Positions 56,096-64,000 of a DNA stretch of 64,000 bases are shown one piece after another (position 1 is the first letter of the stretch; each line of letters begins with the position of its first letter). This stretch comes from Arcobacteraceae bacterium (GTDB lineage Bacteria > Campylobacterota > Campylobacteria > Campylobacterales > Arcobacteraceae): assembly GCA_963662945.1 (NCBI GenBank), contig OY759974.1, positions 2,208,001-2,272,000 on the forward strand, in the 5' to 3' direction. The notes beneath the pieces are model-generated. The model did not search any database. It was not told where the DNA came from and was given only the letters and a program-made list of their open reading frames with translations. Both the position numbers and the translations under genes were made by a program.

Positions 56096-57284
56096 ACTTT
56101 GTTAAATTTTTTTTATCACTTATGATAAAGAGGGTTTTTGACACTAATGGATGGGTAATATCAAATTCTCCATCACTTAAAACCATCAAAAGGTTCTCAC
56201 TTCGTATATCTGTATTTTTAAGATATCGTAATACTTCGTTGAAGTTTGTACCTCCATCACTTTTAGGAATATATAAATCTTTCTCTTGCAAAGGATTAAA
56301 ACTATCAAAACTAATGATATGGTCACTTTTTACAAACCTGTCAAAAGGCAAAATTGTTACTTTGTATTCATAAAATCCTTCACATATATCTTGAATGATA
56401 CCTAGAAATTTTTTATACTCTTCAAGTGTAACAGAACTACTACTATCTAAAGCTATATAAACCTCAATAAGCTCATCACTTTTTTTTGTCCCTGGTAGAT
56501 AAAGTCCAGTATGTATATATCTTTTATTTGGTCTAGAAAATGTTGTTTGCTTTTCAAATAAAGATGCTGTAAGATACTCTTTAAGTACATCTTGTAAATT
56601 AATATCAGGACGAATAAGTGTATCTATTTCTATTTGAAGTCCACCATATTTATGTGAAGTTTTTTTTGCAATAGTGAGTGCTTGTATAATAATACCATCT
56701 AGTTTTTCTTGGTCACCTTGAGAAGTTTTTTCATCTGGAACTTCTTCTAAGTCTAATTTTGAATTATCATAGATGTAAGCATTTTTATCCCCATCTGGAT
56801 CAGGTGCTACTTTTGCCTCACTGCTTTGTTCTTCATCACTATTTGAGTCTTGATTTTGTTCCTCTTCCTCTTTTTGATAGAGTATCTCATAGACCTCTTC
56901 AACACATTTATCTTTTAAGTCCAAGTCAAGTATCTCATCAGTTGGTTTTATTCCAACATTTTCAAAGGTATCAAGAATATTATTGATAACCAAATCACAC
57001 GCTTGATTCCAGATATACATATCTCTTGTTTTTTGTCGATAGGGATGTTTTAGGACAATATGAAGAAGGGTGTGTGCATAAAGGTAAGTGATATTTTCAT
57101 CACTATATTTTTCTAACTTTTCTAAATCAATAGTTATTTTTGCCCCATTTGTTTGAAAAGCACTATTTGTATTTTGTTCAAAAGTTGTAGGGATTGATAA
57201 TGCAAGGACTGATAAAAAAGGGTGGTTAAATAAAAAATTTACCCTTAATTTTGCAAATAATTCTTCATAATTTTTATCAGTCAT
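56058..57284 (-). CDS. DUF2201 putative metallopeptidase plus vWA-like domain protein
   Basis: TNG, AHTLLHIVLKH..R, WN.ACD..IN, acidic linker, MIDAS DSSSS, GGTNF and SDG. Confidence 0.85.
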   Translation of the reverse strand: MTDKNYEELFAKLRVNFLFNHPFLSVLALSIPTTFEQNTNSAFQTNGAKITIDLEKLEKYSDENITYLYAHTLLHIVLKHPYRQKTRDMYIWNQACDLVINNILDTFENVGIKPTDEILDLDLKDKCVEEVYEILYQKEEEEQNQDSNSDEEQSSEAKVAPDPDGDKNAYIYDNSKLDLEEVPDEKTSQGDQEKLDGIIIQALTIAKKTSHKYGGLQIEIDTLIRPDINLQDVLKEYLTASLFEKQTTFSRPNKRYIHTGLYLPGTKKSDELIEVYIALDSSSSVTLEEYKKFLGIIQDICEGFYEYKVTILPFDRFVKSDHIISFDSFNPLQEKDLYIPKSDGGTNFNEVLRYLKNTDIRSENLLMVLSDGEFDITHPLVSKTLFIISDKKNLTKFESYGRVIQFNL

Positions 57285-57315
57285 AGTATCACTTTTATTG
57301 GTTTACTTTATAGTA

Positions 57316-57331
57316 TGCAATAAATGTGCCG
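57316..57331 (-). promoter_or_regulatory. Putative sigma54 (-24/-12) promoter for the vWA gene
   Basis: Minus strand reads CGGCACATTTATTGCA, with GG-N10-GC spacing. Confidence 0.5.
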
Positions 57332-57341
57332 ACTATAAAGT

Positions 57342-59888
57342 TTAAGAAAGTAAATCCATTAATTCCTCATTTTTATTAAATTCCGCATAATCATATGCTC
57401 TCTTATTCTGAATAGTATAATAATCTATATTTGCACCTTTTCCCAATAATCTTTTTACTAAATATGTATCATTAATTTCCGTTGCAAAAACTAAAGGTGT
57501 AAATCCATTTCTTTCTCTAATATCAACATTGACTAAATTATCTAACAATAAATCAAAAATTTTATAATAATTGTCTTTTTTTTGTTTATAGCTAAAATTG
57601 TGAAATTCTTTTCTAAAAAATTTTTGAAACTCTTTTTTATCTAGACCTACATTATCAAAATCTAAAGTTATCTCATTGTCAAAAATATTATTGATTAGTG
57701 GATTAGCTTTAATGATTTTACTTAATTCTTCTTTTGATGAAGATACACTTCTCGATGCATATTCTAAAAAATTTGAATAATCTTCTGAATTTAAATTTGA
57801 TAATCTTATGAGTTGAATACAATAATATAAATATGAAACTTCATCCAAAGTACATTTCTCATTTAAATCTACATTATTATCAAGAAGTAGTTTAACAATA
57901 TTTACAAAACCTTTTTCAATGGCATAGGACATTGCAGTCTCTTTCTTTTTTACTAATTTGGCATTCAGTGCTTCTATAGACATTTTAGGAATTAACAGTT
58001 CCATTATCTCTATTTGTTTTTCTGTAGTATGATAAGTGCTTCCAAAAGAATATATTAATGCAGTACAGTTATCATTTAGTTTTTGTTCATTTACATCTAC
58101 ATTAGCCTTTAAAAGTTTTTTAACATCATCTATTTTAGATAATTGACAACAATGCATAAGTTGAGTAATTTTGTTAGGTAAGCCTTTTTTTATCCATTTG
58201 TTAGGATTATCAAAATCAATTTTTATATTTTCCAAATCTTTTGTATTTACTGCTGCAAAATTAGAAGAAATAAAAAGATTAGATGATTCTTTAGACCCTG
58301 GAAATAAATTTTTAAAATAAATATCAAATTGTTTTTGCATATCTAAAAGAAAATGTTGATTAATTTTTTCTGGTAAACTTTCTAAAAGTTTGTAAAAGTA
58401 TGCTTGGTTATAAAATTTTCTAAAAGGACTACTTGCTTTATCTAAGTCAATCTGTACATTTCTTGTACTTTGTGATGAAACGAATAAACCTTCTCTAATA
58501 ATATCTTTCATATTTATACCAACAACATTTTTACCATATTTAAGTGCTTCTAAATAATATTCAGTAGATTTCTTATATTCTCTTTTTTGTGCATAAAATC
58601 TAGCTTTCATAAATAGACAATAGGGATTGTATTCAATATCAAACCTCTCTTCTACTTCTTTTAAAGCTTTAAAAAATTTAGATTCTGTATGTTCATCTTT
58701 TTTATTAGTAGGTGCAACACATTCATATAATTTTGAAGTAAGTTGTGCGTATTCAAAAAATGTTTTATCTATATCCTTTTCATCTATACTTATAACAGTA
58801 GATAAATCAAAATCTTTATAAAAAAAGTCGATAGGTAAAAATGAGCTAATTTTAGCGATAAATGACTCTTCTTCCATTTTATACAATATATCAAATTTAT
58901 TTCTATTATTTAAAATATATTCTTGCATCTCTTTTGCTTTATTAGAAGAATCACTATTTTTAACAAAATAGTCTAACATATAGAATAAATCAAAATTATT
59001 GTAATAATATTGTTGTAGATACAATTCTAATAAGTCAGATTCTTTTGTTTGCAGGTTTTGTTTAAACATTTCAAGTTTATTAGTTATCTCTAAATAACTA
59101 AGCATTGTAATTGTTTTATAATGTTTAACTAATAAGTTTGTTAGTTCAGTACCAAAATATTCTTTTGATTTTGAATATAGGTATTGAATAATTTTGGCAA
59201 TTTTAAATAATGTATTTAAATCAATTTCAGAAAATTTATTTGAAAACTTTGCTAATCGTGAAAGTATATTGATATGTTCTCGATTAGGAAGATTTTTACC
59301 ATTAATCCAATTATTATAATCCTCTTTTTTTAAATTATAGTCTTTGTAATTATCATCTAAAATTTTATATATTTCATCTTTTAAACTAATATTTTCTTCA
59401 AAAGTAGATTCTAGTAGCTTAAAAAGTTTTTGTATAGAATTTTCTTTTTCATCTGGCAAAATCGAATCTATCAAAGTTAATTCTCTTTTTTGTTTTAATA
59501 ATCTATCAAAGACTAAATGACTTAAAAAAGGAATAAATAAATTAATTGCAATTAGAAAATCTAATTGTTTTTGGGATGTAGCTAATGTTTCATTATGAAG
59601 TTTATAAAGATTATAAAATGAAAGAAATTCATTTATTAGCTTTTCATAATATTCATACTCTTTATTATTTGAACTATTAAAAAAAGTATATAAAACATCT
59701 TCAATAATTTTATTTTGAGTATCAAAATATTCTTGTGCAGATATTTCATCTTCTTTTATAAATCTCTGATAAGTTTTTGTATCATCTTTTTGATATATAT
59801 CTAAGCTCTTAATTAAAAAGTCTAATATAAAACCATTAGTTCTATGTTTTGAAAATTCTATTCTTATTTTTTGCACTCTCTTGTCCAA
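57342..59888 (-). CDS. Large ankyrin-repeat protein with TPR-like and Xre-HTH-like segments; possibly interrupted at codon 11
   Basis: Ankyrin repeats (ETAMSYAIEKGFVNIVKLLLDNNVDLN; GFTPLVFATEINDTYLVKRLLGKGANID), TPR-like KARFYAQKREYKKSTEYYLEAL and HTH-like NNWINGKNLP. Confidence 0.85.
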   Translation of the reverse strand: MDKRVQKIRIEFSKHRTNGFILDFLIKSLDIYQKDDTKTYQRFIKEDEISAQEYFDTQNKIIEDVLYTFFNSSNNKEYEYYEKLINEFLSFYNLYKLHNETLATSQKQLDFLIAINLFIPFLSHLVFDRLLKQKRELTLIDSILPDEKENSIQKLFKLLESTFEENISLKDEIYKILDDNYKDYNLKKEDYNNWINGKNLPNREHINILSRLAKFSNKFSEIDLNTLFKIAKIIQYLYSKSKEYFGTELTNLLVKHYKTITMLSYLEITNKLEMFKQNLQTKESDLLELYLQQYYYNNFDLFYMLDYFVKNSDSSNKAKEMQEYILNNRNKFDILYKMEEESFIAKISSFLPIDFFYKDFDLSTVISIDEKDIDKTFFEYAQLTSKLYECVAPTNKKDEHTESKFFKALKEVEERFDIEYNPYCLFMKARFYAQKREYKKSTEYYLEALKYGKNVVGINMKDIIREGLFVSSQSTRNVQIDLDKASSPFRKFYNQAYFYKLLESLPEKINQHFLLDMQKQFDIYFKNLFPGSKESSNLFISSNFAAVNTKDLENIKIDFDNPNKWIKKGLPNKITQLMHCCQLSKIDDVKKLLKANVDVNEQKLNDNCTALIYSFGSTYHTTEKQIEIMELLIPKMSIEALNAKLVKKKETAMSYAIEKGFVNIVKLLLDNNVDLNEKCTLDEVSYLYYCIQLIRLSNLNSEDYSNFLEYASRSVSSSKEELSKIIKANPLINNIFDNEITLDFDNVGLDKKEFQKFFRKEFHNFSYKQKKDNYYKIFDLLLDNLVNVDIRERNGFTPLVFATEINDTYLVKRLLGKGANIDYYTIQNKRAYDYAEFNKNEELMDLLS

Positions 59889-59952
59889 TCAATTTTCTAT
59901 ATTAAATTTTGCATAAATCATAAAATTCCTCAAATACAATAAAGGAGTGAAG

Positions 59953-60786
59953 ATGAATGAAATAACAGTTAATTGGCACATTATACAAAAGTGTAACTAT
60001 AAATGTTATTACTGTTTTGCAAAATATGATAATTATGAAAAAAAAGAAGTTCATAATTCAAAAAAAGAAATCGAAGGTCTATTAAGAAAAGTTTATCAAT
60101 CTTTCAAAAAAGAGTTTAAAGATCATAGTATCAGATTAAATATTGCTGGAGGTGAACCAACATTATCTAAAAATTTAGATTTTATTATTAAATCTGCATA
60201 TAAAATTGGATTCAATATATCTATAATAACTAATTCTTCAGTTTTAACAACAAGATTTATAAGTGAAAATGCAAAACATATATCTATGTTTGCAATAAGT
60301 ATTGATAGTTTAAATAAAAATACAAATTTAAAAATCGGAAGAATAAGTAATAAAAACTTTTTAGAAATTTATCAGGTTTTAAAAAATATCAGTCTTTTAA
60401 GAAAATATAACCGTTCTATTAAAATTAAAATCAATACAGTAGTCAATAACTATAATTATTCGGAGTATATAGGTGATTTTATTAGTCTTGTAAAACCTGA
60501 CAAATGGAAAGTATTTCAAGCATTAAGTATTAATAGTAATGAAGAATATTGTTCAAAAGAGCAATTTAAAACCTTTATATACAATCACAAGAACTTGAAT
60601 ATTAATACATTTTCTGAAACAAATGATGAGATGATAGATTCATATATTATGATAGACCCTTATGGAAGATTTTATCAAAATAGCGGGGTAATATATCAAT
60701 ATTCTAAATCCATACTTGAATTAGAATCAGATGAAATTATAAATCATGTTAAATTTGATTTAAAAAAATATAAAAATAGATATTAG
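59953..60786 (+). CDS. Prokaryotic viperin (antiviral radical SAM ddhNTP synthase)
   Basis: VNWHI...CNYKCYYCF, RLNIAGGEP, ITN.S, ISIDS, KINTVV, WKVFQ, M.DSYIMIDP.GRFYQN; AAGGAG RBS before ATG 59953. Confidence 0.9.
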   Translation: MNEITVNWHIIQKCNYKCYYCFAKYDNYEKKEVHNSKKEIEGLLRKVYQSFKKEFKDHSIRLNIAGGEPTLSKNLDFIIKSAYKIGFNISIITNSSVLTTRFISENAKHISMFAISIDSLNKNTNLKIGRISNKNFLEIYQVLKNISLLRKYNRSIKIKINTVVNNYNYSEYIGDFISLVKPDKWKVFQALSINSNEEYCSKEQFKTFIYNHKNLNINTFSETNDEMIDSYIMIDPYGRFYQNSGVIYQYSKSILELESDEIINHVKFDLKKYKNRY

Positions 60787-60795
60787 GAGTTAGAA

Positions 60796-61485
60796 ATGAA
60801 AGACGAAAAAATAGCAGTATTTTTTGACTGTGAGAATATATCAGCTAGTTATGTAGATTCAATTTTTGGTGAATTAGCAAAATATGGAGATGTGATTATA
60901 AAACAATCTTTTAAAGATTGGGGAAATTCTAACAATAAATCATGGAATAGAGAGCTACATGAAGAGTTTGCCATTGAGGCTATTCAAGTTTTTTCTGCAA
61001 GAGGTGCTAAAAATAGTTGTGATATGAGGATTCAAAGAGCTATAAATGAAACAATTAATCATAAAAAAATAGATATTATTGTTTTAGTATCGAGTGATAG
61101 TGACTTTAGAGATTTAATCATAAATGTTAAAGCTAATGGTTTTAAAACTATTGGCTTTGGAGAATCAAAGACTTCATTATCTTTAAAAAGTGCATATTCC
61201 ACTTTTATAGAACTTCCTATAAAAGAACATTATGAAAAAAAGAATGATAAAGAAGTAATTAAATTATTAAAAGAAGCTATACAAAAAACAATTAAGGAAG
61301 GTGACTATTCTTTAGTTTCTCAAATGGGTAACTACTTAAAAAATAAAAATTCTTCATATAATCCAAAAAACTTAGGTGCTACTACTTGGGGAAATATAAT
61401 TAAAAAATTTCCTAATTACTTTGAATGGAGTCATCTAGATAAAGAGAAAAGTCAGATGATTGTAAAGTTAAAAAAAATATTTTAG
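60796..61485 (+). CDS. NYN (LabA/DUF88, PIN-like) nuclease with C-terminal LOTUS/OST-HTH domain
   Basis: FFDCENI, KNSCD, LVSSDSDF, IGFG, then SQMGNYL......NPKNLG. Confidence 0.9.
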   Translation: MKDEKIAVFFDCENISASYVDSIFGELAKYGDVIIKQSFKDWGNSNNKSWNRELHEEFAIEAIQVFSARGAKNSCDMRIQRAINETINHKKIDIIVLVSSDSDFRDLIINVKANGFKTIGFGESKTSLSLKSAYSTFIELPIKEHYEKKNDKEVIKLLKEAIQKTIKEGDYSLVSQMGNYLKNKNSSYNPKNLGATTWGNIIKKFPNYFEWSHLDKEKSQMIVKLKKIF

Positions 61486-61489
61486 TACT

Positions 61490-61530
61490 AAATAGGGGAT
61501 AATATATTAAATAATATACTCCCCATATTT
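61490..61530. terminator. Imperfect hairpin between the convergent NYN and AAA genes
   Basis: AAATAGGGGA...TCCCCATATTT. Confidence 0.4.
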
Positions 61531-62514
61531 CTCCAACCACTCCTCAAATTCTTCTAATTCCGCTATTGCCTCATCTTTGATAATCAAATCTTTTATTAAC
61601 ATTACAGAAAATTCTACTGGAAGTCCTTTTGAATATGCAAAAAGGTTTTTTGCTTGATTTGTATTGTTATATTTTTCAATAAGTGCAGCAGTTAGAGCAT
61701 AAAGACTACTTGGTTCTGTTGGTACATCAGAAGAAAGCCCCTCTAAAATAGCATCTATATCAGGCAAGGTTTTATACACTTTTACAAATGAGGTAAACTC
61801 AATTCCTGCTCCATATCCAACAGTTCCGTATACTATTGGAGAGATTTTACCAATCTCATTTGTATTTTTTAATATGTTAGATAACATAGCCCAAGCTCTT
61901 GGTGTACAAAATGCTGGATTAGTTTCACTTGAACTAGGAACTTCGCTACTTAGTAAATCTGGGCGAAATCCTAAAAAACCTATGATAAAAGGATGAATTT
62001 CATTTTTGATAGCCCAAGCTTTAAAGTCATCAAACTTTGCTTCTAAAACTATATGTACCATTCTATTTATAAGTGGACTTGGAAGTTTAAAAACAATCCC
62101 TTTGTCATCTATTTTATTCCCTGCACATACAATTGCCCAATTTTTCGGCATAGTATATTCACCTATTTTTCTATCAAGTACAAGTTGATAAATTGCAGCT
62201 TGTACTGAAAGTGGAGCAGAGTTTAATTCATCTAAAAAAAGTATCCCAGAAGAGTCTTCATCACTTGGTAAAAATACTGGTGGCATCCATATTGTTTGAT
62301 TATTTTGTATAGTTGGAATACCTCGTAAATCTACAGCATCAAGTTGAGAAAGTCGTACATCTATTATCTCTAGGTCATTTTTCTTTGCTATATCATTGAC
62401 TATATATGATTTTCCAATCCCTGGACTTCCGTGTATAAATACTGGTGTATCTGTTTGAAGTAAGATATCAAGTTGATTGTATAGTTCAGCAGTTCCAATT
62501 GCAGGTGTTATCAT
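61507..62514 (-). CDS. MoxR-like AAA+ ATPase of the type associated with DUF2201/vWA genes
   Basis: Walker A GSPGIGKS, DLRGIP, Walker B LFLDE, AGN, PL.NR and TPRAW. Confidence 0.9.
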   Translation of the reverse strand: MITPAIGTAELYNQLDILLQTDTPVFIHGSPGIGKSYIVNDIAKKNDLEIIDVRLSQLDAVDLRGIPTIQNNQTIWMPPVFLPSDEDSSGILFLDELNSAPLSVQAAIYQLVLDRKIGEYTMPKNWAIVCAGNKIDDKGIVFKLPSPLINRMVHIVLEAKFDDFKAWAIKNEIHPFIIGFLGFRPDLLSSEVPSSSETNPAFCTPRAWAMLSNILKNTNEIGKISPIVYGTVGYGAGIEFTSFVKVYKTLPDIDAILEGLSSDVPTEPSSLYALTAALIEKYNNTNQAKNLFAYSKGLPVEFSVMLIKDLIIKDEAIAELEEFEEWLEKYGEYII

Positions 62515-62608
62515 AATAGGCTATCCTTGGTATAATTTGGATAATACTTTGCATATTTTATACCACCTAGCTACTACTAAATAAAAAGAAAAGCTTGAAA
62601 ATCTATAA

Positions 62609-63931
62609 TTAAATAATTTTCTTCGGACTAAATCTCCTAAATAAAATTATTGCTATTATAAAAGTAATAGCTTCAGCCATTGGAATCGCTAAAAATATCC
62701 CTTGTGTATCAAATAAATATGGTAATGTAAATATAAAAAATACAGGAAAAATAAAACTTCTTGATAATGCAATAATCATTGAGTATAAAGGCTTGTGAAT
62801 TGCTGTTAAATAAGCAGAAATTATAAGATTAATACCATTAAAAAGAAAAGCTATCCATATAAATGTTGCAAAGTCTAAAACTATTTTTTTTGTTTGATAA
62901 TTTGTATCTTCTAAAAAAATATTTGCTAAAGTATTGGGTACAAATAAGAGTAATAGTATCATTACAATACCAACCAAACTTGTAGTTATAAAAGCTAATT
63001 TTAAAAATTCTTCTATTCTTTTATTCTCTTTTGCACCAAAATTTTTACTAATAATTGGTTGTAAAGAGTCACTTATTCCAAAACTTATCATTATCCCAAT
63101 CATTAAAAGATAATTTATAACTGTAAATGCAGCTATTCCTTCTATACTGAAATTTTTTATCATTACATAGTTAAAAATTAAAGTTGTTATTCCTATTGAA
63201 ATTTCATTCACAAATTCGGAAGCTCCATTGTAAGTAGCTTTGATAATTTGTATATAACTTCCTATTGGTTTTACAAATTTGATTGTTGCTTTTTTTGAGA
63301 AAAAATGAGGTAAAAGAATAACCAATAAAGTAAGTTGAGAGATACCAGTAGCTAATGCTGCTCCAAAAATACCTTTTTGTAAATATACTATCATAAACCA
63401 ATCCAATAACACATTTATAATTGCACTTAAAAGTAGAGCTATAAAAGCAAGATTTGGTCTATTATCAACTCTTACAAAATAATCTAAAACTACTCCAATC
63501 ATCAAAAATGGAATAAAGATTAACATTATAGATAGATATTCAATTGCTATAATTGTCAAATTTTTATCTGCACCAAAAAGATGTAAGATAGTTTCTATAT
63601 TTAAAAATAGAACTATGCAAGTTAAAAAACTAAAAAGAGTGATGCAAAGCATAGTTTTGCTAAAAATAATAGAAGCGTTTTTAGTATCTCCTTCTCCTAT
63701 AAGTTTTCCAGATACAACACTACTCCCAATTGCTAACATTAAAGCAAATCCAAAAAGTAAAGAGAAAATAGGAAAACTTATATTTATAGCTGCAAGTCCA
63801 GAATCTCCAACATAATTTCCTATAAAAAATCCATCTACTATACTTGCTGATGAAATTGCCAACATTCCTAATACTGATGGTATTGAATATTGAAAAAAAA
63901 CAGATAATATTTTATCTTTTGTTACATTCAT
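62609..63931 (-). CDS. MATE family efflux transporter
   Basis: IVDGFFIGNYVG...LAAIN, N..LD...I.....GI.GAALAT and QPIIS.NFGA motifs; 12 TM. Confidence 0.93.
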   Translation of the reverse strand: MNVTKDKILSVFFQYSIPSVLGMLAISSASIVDGFFIGNYVGDSGLAAINISFPIFSLLFGFALMLAIGSSVVSGKLIGEGDTKNASIIFSKTMLCITLFSFLTCIVLFLNIETILHLFGADKNLTIIAIEYLSIMLIFIPFLMIGVVLDYFVRVDNRPNLAFIALLLSAIINVLLDWFMIVYLQKGIFGAALATGISQLTLLVILLPHFFSKKATIKFVKPIGSYIQIIKATYNGASEFVNEISIGITTLIFNYVMIKNFSIEGIAAFTVINYLLMIGIMISFGISDSLQPIISKNFGAKENKRIEEFLKLAFITTSLVGIVMILLLLFVPNTLANIFLEDTNYQTKKIVLDFATFIWIAFLFNGINLIISAYLTAIHKPLYSMIIALSRSFIFPVFFIFTLPYLFDTQGIFLAIPMAEAITFIIAIILFRRFSPKKII

Positions 63932-64000
63932 TTAATTTCTTTTAATTTTTTCTTTTGATCTAAATCACCTTTTATAAATACAGGTGATTATAGAAAGTTA

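Noticed and set aside
57300-57345. attC-like integron site at the viperin cassette boundary
   Set aside because: It is too short, lacks proper RYYYAAC/GTTRRRY ends, and has no second copy or integron integrase in the window.
59889-59891. Alternative genetic code (UGA = Trp or Gly) in the cassette
   Set aside because: There is only one in-frame TGA, and a checked Trp codon in the same gene is TGG.
63963-63989. Inverted repeat AATCACCT-N11-AGGTGATT upstream of the MATE gene
   Set aside because: It could be an operator or leader hairpin, but it is single-copy and at the window edge, so no function can be supported.

Overview
AT-rich bacterial chromosome segment from a Campylobacterota organism, most likely Arcobacteraceae (16S sequence, Ile-Ala spacer order, ciaB, kdsA-ribH-nusB-pyrF synteny). 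The core content is a complete rrn operon (16S-tRNA-Ile-tRNA-Ala-23S-5S), tRNA-Cys, tRNA-Ser, and priA, rho, murI, dnaX, lnt, hup, der and mqo. The accessory content is: a tsdA thiosulfate dehydrogenase with a Cache-only sensor and a two-component system; a TetR/PNPOx/HPP unit with two matching operators; an FMN-riboswitch-controlled stand-alone ribB; an MCP/two-component module whose direct-repeat box also precedes an unannotated 58-aa Cys-rich ORF; and a nagZ-SSS-anmK-amgK-murU peptidoglycan recycling operon. The most notable region (55.4-62.5 kb) is a putative antiviral cassette. It has a prokaryotic viperin followed closely by a NYN-LOTUS nuclease, and a divergent HTH-TPR-ankyrin gene with an in-frame TGA at codon 11. 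The cassette sits between a MoxR-like AAA ATPase and its usual DUF2201/vWA partner. All family calls come from motif recognition by eye; no searches were run.
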